Positions 55,890 to 64,000 of a DNA stretch of 64,000 nt are shown here, in pieces. The stretch is from Octopus vulgaris. Lineage: Eukaryota. Under the pieces are notes generated by a model. The model was not told the origin of the DNA. It worked only from the letters and a program-made list of their open reading frames with translations, and did no database searches. Numbering within the stretch: position 1 is the first letter of the stretch; each line of letters opens with the position of its first letter. The position numbers and the translations under genes are program-made. The stretch is from the NCBI GenBank assembly GCA_951406725.2, contig OX597816.1, positions 56,358,001 through 56,422,000 on the forward strand, given 5' to 3'.

Positions 55890-56295
55890 TTTTTCTTTCT
55901 TTACTACCCACAAGGGGAAACAAACAAAGAGAGACAGACGGATTAAGTCGATTACATCGACCCCAGTGTGTAACTGGTACTTATTTAATCGACCCCGAAA
56001 GGATGAAAGGCAAAGTCGAGCTCGGCGGAATTTGAACTCAGAATGTTAAACAGACGAAATACCTATTTCTTTACTACCCACAAGGGCTAAACACAGAGAG
56101 GACAAACACAAATAGACAAACGGATTAAGTCGATTATATCGACCCCAGTGCGTAACTGGTACTTATTTAATCGACCCCGAAAGGATGAAAGGCAAAGTCG
56201 ACCTCGGCGGAATTTGAACTCTGAACGTAGCGGCAGACGAAATACCGCTAAGCCTTTCGCCCAGCGTCTTAACGTTTCTGCCAGCTCGCCGCCTT
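55890..56295 (-). mobile_element. SINE family B multimer
   Basis: Two full internal units plus a partial third. Confidence 0.9.
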
Positions 56296-58261
56296 GTGTG
56301 ATGCTTATTTATTGACATTGTAGCTGGTAGCTTTGAGATTTCGGTCACTTGATTGTTTATTTTCACAATGACATTGCAGCGTATGCATGATGGGCCAGAT
56401 CTGGCAATTTTCAACATGAAAGAAAATATTTGTGCCTGATTTGGCCGATTTAAATGCCAAAAGATTATATACAAAAAAGACACACAGATACTTTTAAAAA
56501 AATGCGATAATCTCATGTTTGGAGCGCGTTGATCAGAATTAGCTGGTGGTTAAATAATTCTTTTCTAATTCTTGCTCAACGCCAGCAGTTTTCAGGTGAT
56601 AGGTAAGTATCTGAGTGGCACAACTGACAAATGTCTTATCATCCCGGAAAGGGCTGAAAATAAAGTTGATCTCGGCGGAATTTGAGCTCAGAACGTAAAG
56701 ATCCGCAAGAAATGTTACATCTTGTTCACTTGCAACTTATTCTGCCAGCTCGCTGCCATTTTGTTTAAATTAGGAATCTCTGGTCATCCAATAACAGAAT
56801 TAGTTTTAAAGAAATGTCAATATTTACAAGTTTGTTGAGGATGTTCGAGTGGCTGAATCAGTAGAACGTTTGGAGCAGATTTCCATGTATTTGTTCCGGC
56901 TTTTAACGTTCTGAGTTCAATTCATGCTACTGTAAGTTTTGCCTTTTATCTCTTCATTAGATATTATTTATAGTTATTATTTCGTTTTAAAAAGGGCTGT
57001 ATTTGGCAAAATCGGTAAAAGGCCAGACAAAACGCTTAGCATTATTCAGCATTGCTTTTTTTCGAATATTCTACGTTCACTTCGCGATCTTGACTCTGTG
57101 TCTTGTTCTTTCAATGCTGCTTAAATAATACAATATTACATCGATTTAAGCAACTGCTTCTTTTCTCCACCCAAATAATTTCGCCTTTTCTGAACTAAAA
57201 CCAACCCAACTTTCATCGACTAATTTTCACGAAGACCGATTTCATTCTATCTTCTTTAGATTTCAGTAGTTTATTTCTATAAAGATGCCTTATATCTTAT
57301 AAAGATAATACAGGATTAACCTAAACATCGACCCTATTTAGATATAATTGTATCCTAATTCTTAATCATTATAAAAAATAAAAGAAATAGAATGTATAAT
57401 GTTACGAAAGATTTATTTATAATCTATCTTTAATCGTCTGTCTATCATCGACCCCGATTTCCTTCTTCAGAACGATAATTCCTACAGCATTATTTCGTTT
57501 AAATATTGATCATAAGATTGAGAAGAAATACAGCAAGAAGAAAAGTTTTCATTATAACAACCAAAAAAAAATTAATAAAATAACAAAAAAATAAAAGAAT
57601 TTATTTGAATTCGAACGGCTTCTATTGTTGACTCTTCACCAACATCTTCATTCTTCCATTCTAAAACATCTTCTCATCATTGGCTTCAGCCTTTCATTCT
57701 TTTTTGCTCTTCGATTCCGGTTATCATATCATATCGGTCGACACAGAACTAGAATAGGAATTGATTAATTCTAAATACAGCAGTGTCTATATAATACGAT
57801 TATCGATCCATTACACATATATACATATTGTCAAATAAACACACAGATTTTAAGCATTCTGACAGTTAGATACACCATCACAACAAATAAAACTTTCACA
57901 AAGTCTTGGCTTTTAACTCTTATAATTTTGAAATTACCGATGTTTAGTGGAAAAACACACGTGAACATATATAATAAATACATACACACATGTGCTAGCA
58001 AACACACACGCACACATACACACACACACACACACCAATGTGTACGCACGTTGGTATGTGTATACACACTTACATATACATACCATCAAAGGCACATCTA
58101 GATTTCACACACACACATACTCACATATATATATGGATATATATACACACACACATACACGTGTGTGTGTGTAATGCTCGAGTGTAGTAGCATATGACCG
58201 CCGTTGACTGGTCAGATTCGTTCATCGTCTTAAGCTCTCATTCACTTTCTCTGTCAATTAG

Positions 58262-58330
<69 letters not shown>

Positions 58331-58424
58331 ATACTTGACTATTTCTGCTTCTATTTTCTTTCTATTTTCTCTTATCTTTCTTTTCTTTGTTCCTTACCAT
58401 ATTTCTTGACAGCAATGACAGCCG

Positions 58425-58760
<336 letters not shown>

Positions 58761-58949
58761 ATATATATATATATATATATATATTTGTTTTGCAAGATTT
58801 TTGATGTGAAATCGTGTGTTGAAACAGATATTGTTGTATTTAGGAATGGTCATTTTGCCAGTTTAGCCAATAAAAACACACGCACTATATATTTGGTGTT
58901 ACTTTGCTTCAGTGTTATTCATTTTTTACATTAATCTTAATCTTATTTC

Positions 58950-58994
58950 GGCCAGAGTTCTTTCGTCATACTCCTGTGACCTCATCAGTGGTCC
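58950..58994 (-). ncRNA. Minimal type I hammerhead ribozyme, intact core
   Basis: ggacca-CTGATGA-g-gtca-caggagta-tgac-GAAA-gaac-TC-tggcc; CUC triplet; lies within a repeat-like segment at about 58783-59095. Confidence 0.8.
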
Positions 58995-59448
58995 TTTGCT
59001 TTCTTCTTTCTTATTTGTGTGTCTTTCCTTACTAACGGTCAACCATTTTGTATTTTGTATTCCTATTGTATGTGTCTTCATTTGCGCATGCATATACCTC
59101 TTCTGCAATATGGGGTGGAATCGATTCCATTACATCGCTCCCCACTCAAATAGGGAGCAGTGTTGAAGTAAGCCGAAACGATCGTTGTCCTAAATAAAGC
59201 TTCCAATACATTCTATCTTCCGTATTAGTAATTTAGAATGCACTCAATGTGCACCGACGAATTCCTTGCGTACATCCAGCAACGAAAGTGAACTACTTCG
59301 GATGACATCTGGTAGCTGCAAGCGGTGAACGTGCTTTACAGGCACACTACAAGGCACATTTCAATAGCAAGGTTTGGACACTACACCTTGAACTCTCCTA
59401 CCTAAGTTTTAATTTTATATACAACTTATATATGTTAAAATATATATT

Positions 59449-59700
59449 AAAATTATTAATTAGTGTATCTACGAGATACCACCATGCTGAAAATAGCAGC
59501 CATGATCTAACTCTAAAACCACCTTAATTGTTCATATATCAACACGGAGAGAAAACAAAATTTTTTACTAGTTTCATCTTGTCTCTTTGTTTTCTCTCCG
59601 TGTTGATATATAGACAATTATGGTGGTTTTAGAGTCAGATCATGGCTGCTATTTTCAGCATGGTGGTATCTCGTAGATACTCTAATTTATAATTTTAATA
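59449..59700. repeat. ~110-bp-arm inverted repeat with a half-hammerhead in the loop
   Basis: 59449-59560 vs 59586-59700; the loop on the minus strand reads caagat-GAAA-ctag-TA; a third partial copy lies at 60384-60436. Confidence 0.85.
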
Positions 59701-59785
59701 ATTATTACCTTTGAAGGTTATTTTCCCCATGCTAACCACTTGATAAAATCGTTGTTTATCTTTAAATTAACGATCTTATCCTTAG

Positions 59786-59861
<76 letters not shown>

Positions 59862-59936
59862 TGTCCATTCGTGACTGAGGAAGGTATCACAGACCATTGC
59901 CCATAAAATGCTAGCAATGCTCGTCCATGAGGTCAA

Positions 59937-60038
59937 TGCACCAGAGGTCGGTTTCACCCAGGTTCGCGTCCGCGGCTTCCATGCTCCTGACGGCGCCCTC
60001 CTACTCGAACGGGCATTGGAGAGTTGCCTTCACCGGCG
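59937..60038 (-). other. 28S rRNA-like segment (pseudogene fragment or retroposon module)
   Basis: Minus strand cgagtaggagggcg...gaagcc...gggtgaaaccg...ggtgca resembles the conserved LSU stretch CGAGTAGGAGGG...GAAGCC...GGGTGGAGCCGCC...GGTGCAGATCTTGG, compared from memory. Confidence 0.55.
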
Positions 60039-61228
60039 ATTGGAGAGCTTAAAACTTTAGGTTCAATAAGGCTTGCGCTGCACCTCACAGACTCTCTCCA
60101 ACCTATTGACATAATTCAGAGCTAAGCTGGAGCAAGATATCCGGAACGAATGCAGGCTGCAGACTCAGGAATGTGGGGGAATCATGATCTCAAGCAAAAG
60201 ATACCCAAAATGTTTCAAGCCATTTCCTGCACATCGGGTTTTCACAGATATGCCTTAACAAACACTAAGGGGTGTCGCAAACGATATTTTATCTCCGTTA
60301 TATTTTCAGGAAACCTGATTCTACTAAACCAGTCCCCCAAATCTGCAGAGATTGCACAGAGAGGTGCATAAAACTCAAAGGTAATAATTATTAAAATTAT
60401 AAATTAGAGTATCTGCGAGATACCACCATGCTGAAAGAGGTGTTTATACCAGACATCTTGTTGTCCGTGACGTAGCAACTTATTTCAAGTTGTCAAATTT
60501 TAAAAGTTACAAATTATTTATTGCAACTTTCAAATGATAAATTATTAATAAACAAAAGTTTGGAGAAAAATGAGATTTTAATTATTAGAAACATTTCGTA
60601 TTTCATTTCAATAAATTTTTTATATTTACTTTACTTTGTGTTGTGTATGTTTTTGCCTGTAATATTTGTATGTTTAAACGATAATTTTCTTTTTAAACAT
60701 ATCAATTTGGCATATCAGGTCAACAGTTTCCAAGAAACCAAATAAGTTTTCTTCACAATTATATATTATTAAAAAAAAACTTTTGTTTTTCTTTACAGAA
60801 AAGAAAATGTCTACCTTCTGATATATCTCAGTTCATGTAGAAATTATTTTAGCGTATCGATTTGCTTCGTTCGTCGACATTTTCTATTAGTTTTCCTCAG
60901 ATATTTTATTATGATAACAAAATCAAAAGGCAATATATATTCACATATTTATACTACATATACATATCTATACTGTGTAAATAGAATATTCGATCAGAAA
61001 CTTGAAACAAAAGTATTTGTCAGACGGTAAGTACATTACGACAAGGTTATAGGTTGTGGCGAGACTACAGTCAAGTACATTGATTTCTGTGTTTAACAAA
61101 TACTTTAACTGCTCGGCCCAGCAGGAACGAAGAAATATAGAATTATTGTCAGTATATTTGAACACTAATTAGAAAAGGATTTTACTAAATAATATATAAA
61201 ACATGATGGTATATATATATATATATAT

Positions 61229-61421
61229 AAAGTTAATCCAAACAAGAAAGCATAAAAAACAACAACGCGAGAACGTGGAACAAATATAGTATTATTGGAC
61301 GCTCAGGAAAGAAGGAGGGTTTAACGTTTCGAGCGGAGCTATTCGTCGGAAACATAGGAGAAAGAAAGATCTAGAGAAGGAAAAAAAATCGCCAACGGTA
61401 CACACGCGGTCACATTTTGAA

Positions 61422-61425
<4 letters not shown>
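61229..61425 (-). mobile_element. ~210-bp minimal-HHR element
   Basis: HHR at 61319-61353: gttt-CCGACGA-a-tagc-tcc-gctc-GAAA-cg-TT-aaac; near-identical to 9891-10105. Confidence 0.8.
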
Positions 61426-61454
<29 letters not shown>

Positions 61455-61663
61455 TGTATGTATGTATGTATGTATGTATGTATGTATGTATGTATACAGT
61501 GTATGGGGGTTTAGTTCACAGGTGATCCAAACGATTAGGTACGCAAGGTAAGTGTTGCAACGGATTACTGGGATACTAGGACTCCGAGACGGTAGTTATA
61601 GAGCCATTGCAGATTTCCGATGCAGCGGATATATAATTATTAACGTTTGTTGTCCTATTTAAC

Positions 61664-61704
<41 letters not shown>

Positions 61705-62192
61705 CTGGAAATAGCAATCGATAATCGTTCGATGCTAGGTAAAGTTTCACTGAATGTATAGAGGCAAAGATGTGTGCAGACGGCAAATATAAAACAAACA
61801 AAAATTCGTCTTACCTCTAGGTTTTGTTTATGGCTGGGGCTATTGGCCGAGTATACAGGCATTGATGAAGTGGATATTTTAAATTTGGTTTCTTCTGTGG
61901 ACCTAACTGACGAGGACAAATCAGTTCTACGATTACAAACCTATTCTGAAAAGTCCGTGTACTGGGCTGTCCATTTCACTGGCGCTTTCCCTAGATGTAA
62001 GACAAAATTTTTTTTTTATATTCACGGCCAGCACTCTTCTTTGCTGCTATACACCCAGTGACGTCGAACGATTATCAACTACTATTTCTAGCAAAAATTG
62101 GCACCTTGTTGTGCCACTATTTGCTATTTATAATTCTACTTTTACAGGGCTTCATTTCGCTAGAAAATAATATTACTGTATTGTAATAATAT

Positions 62193-62274
<82 letters not shown>

Positions 62275-62492
62275 GACAGACAGACGCAAGTCAAATGGGC
62301 TCCACGTAAGTTGGTATTTTTGTACGTTCAAAAGTGTATATTGACAAATATTTTGTGCTTAAAAGTTGTGCAACAACATCCACTGTAAACCTTTGATAAA
62401 TATCGACACAAAATTTTGCCCCTTGTGGGCAAAATTTAAAAGAAAAACTTCTCATAGCCTTCGTGGTTTCATTTAGCCATTTTATTTCCAAA

Positions 62493-62846
62493 ATGGCCAC
62501 TGGTCACCACGAGGCTGAGGTGCAAGTCAAGCGTGACGCAGAGGCAGAAAAACAGGATGCTCTGTTAGCATACGCTGAACCTGACAACTCCACCACCATC
62601 AACATCGACAACAGCAACAAATACAAAACAAAGGTCGCAAGGCCAAGCACCGTCAACACCATCAGTGAGTCCACCACCACCAACACCGACAACAACACCA
62701 TGGCAGAATCTGCTACTAAAACTGCTATCCCTACTAAAGACATCGCCACCAATAACAATACCAACATCACCATCACCGCCACCAAAGACCGTGCCGTCAA
62801 TGCTACTAATACTACAAACACCACCGCCGTCACCAAGAACGACAAT

Positions 62847-62878
<32 letters not shown>

Positions 62879-63987
62879 CGACGACGACAACAACAATTCC
62901 CTTCAACCACTGCTCACTCCATCACCAACAAGTGAAAAAATAACGACGACAAGCAAACGAAATGTCGAAATTTGCGCTAATGCAGGACTAAATTACGCAG
63001 GCAATTTTCCACCCCTTGCTAGTTGCATAATCAGCAACCACAAACCTACAACCCACACCCCTGCCATCAACACCAACACCACCGGCAGTAACAACAATAA
63101 CAAAACAACAACAAACTTCGCCGAGGCGATAAAAGAAAAGGTAACAAAAGTTTCGTTTACTACACAACAGATTAAAGATTGCAGAAACCTTATTACAAAT
63201 GAAAACGGAAAAATACTCTTACACATACCTCAACACATACTGAATGAGGAGAAAAAAAAGACAATTGTATATAAAATCACAAATAAAAAAACTAAAAGTC
63301 CAGAAAAGGCAAGCACAGACAAAGTCGAAAAGTGCTTACGCCCCATCTGGGGATACAAGGATTGTGTGACTTGGGCGAACAAGTTCGCACACGTACATGT
63401 GGTTTTTCAGAATGAAGAGTTGGCGAAGAAATTCTCAACGATAACCCTTCATTCTGATGAACTAACGTTGACACCGAGTTACCTCGGCCAGAAGGTGACG
63501 AAAGTCATTATCAGTGGTGTCCCCCAAGTGACTACAACACTGTGGATAACATCCGCCTTAACATCCGAAATGGAGGACTTAAACATCCTAGATATCGGTT
63601 TTCGGAAAACAAGGACTGGCTGGGAAAGAGAATAGAGTTCCTCTTCCACATAAGTCAAGAGGACATAAATAAAATCCCCACCCACGTACATCTTGAGGAT
63701 GGCCGCAAGTTATACGTAGTAGTCGAGGGCAGAAGGCCACGATGCTATACATGTGGCAGTGAGGCACACCTCAAAAAGGAGTGCAAATCTGCCGCAAAAT
63801 TACAACAACAACAACAGCCACAGGAAAAATCACAAAAGCCAGGATTATTGCCCACACCACAATATGGACAGCTAGTCAAGAAGCTGTATGCGGAAATGCA
63901 GGAAAAACAACAAAGAACAAGCCAACCCAACCAAACAACACCAACACCAGCGCCAAGAACAGAATCATCACCACCAACAACAAATAA
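62493..63987 (+). pseudogene. L1/Tx1-clade ORF1 (Thr/Asn-rich N-terminus, RRM-like region, CCHC knuckle), frameshifted near 63630; element continues past the window
   Basis: ATG at 62493; ...VHVVFQNEELAKKF...PSYLGQKVTKVIISGVP...; in another frame HVHLEDGRKLYVVVEGRRPRCYTCGSEAHLKKEC (Cx2Cx4Hx4C). Confidence 0.8.
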
Positions 63988-64000
63988 ACCAATTCCAACA

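Noticed and set aside
61890-61960. CTGACGA followed by ggac...gtcc
   Set aside because: No GAAA follows the stem and there is no stem I partner.

Overview
AT-rich, microsatellite-saturated eukaryotic DNA. The SINE and LINE content suggests a coleoid cephalopod, probably Octopus (inferred from repeat-family recognition, not from a search). No host protein-coding gene can be confidently called, and almost all ORFs in the track are simple-repeat artefacts. The real coding sequence is decayed retroelement: a near full-length L1/Tx1-clade element (16393-21086, minus), the 5' end of a second one (from about 62.3 kb), an L1 3' end (53.5-54.3 kb), two CR1-clade pieces, three R4/Dong pieces (two of them inside (AAT)n), an RTE remnant and a Tc1 remnant. 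There are also MITEs, a Helitron-like element and more than 30 tRNA-derived SINE copies. The most interesting signal is a dense set of about 15 hammerhead-ribozyme (HHR) motifs from several unrelated short repeat families. They sit in or beside (TA)n tracts and are often paired with inverted duplications, as expected for Penelope-like pseudo-LTRs or non-LTR retrozymes. A few have intact catalytic cores, several share a non-canonical U.U at the base of stem II (often with a very long stem II), and one has type II topology. All folds were read by eye and none has been tested.
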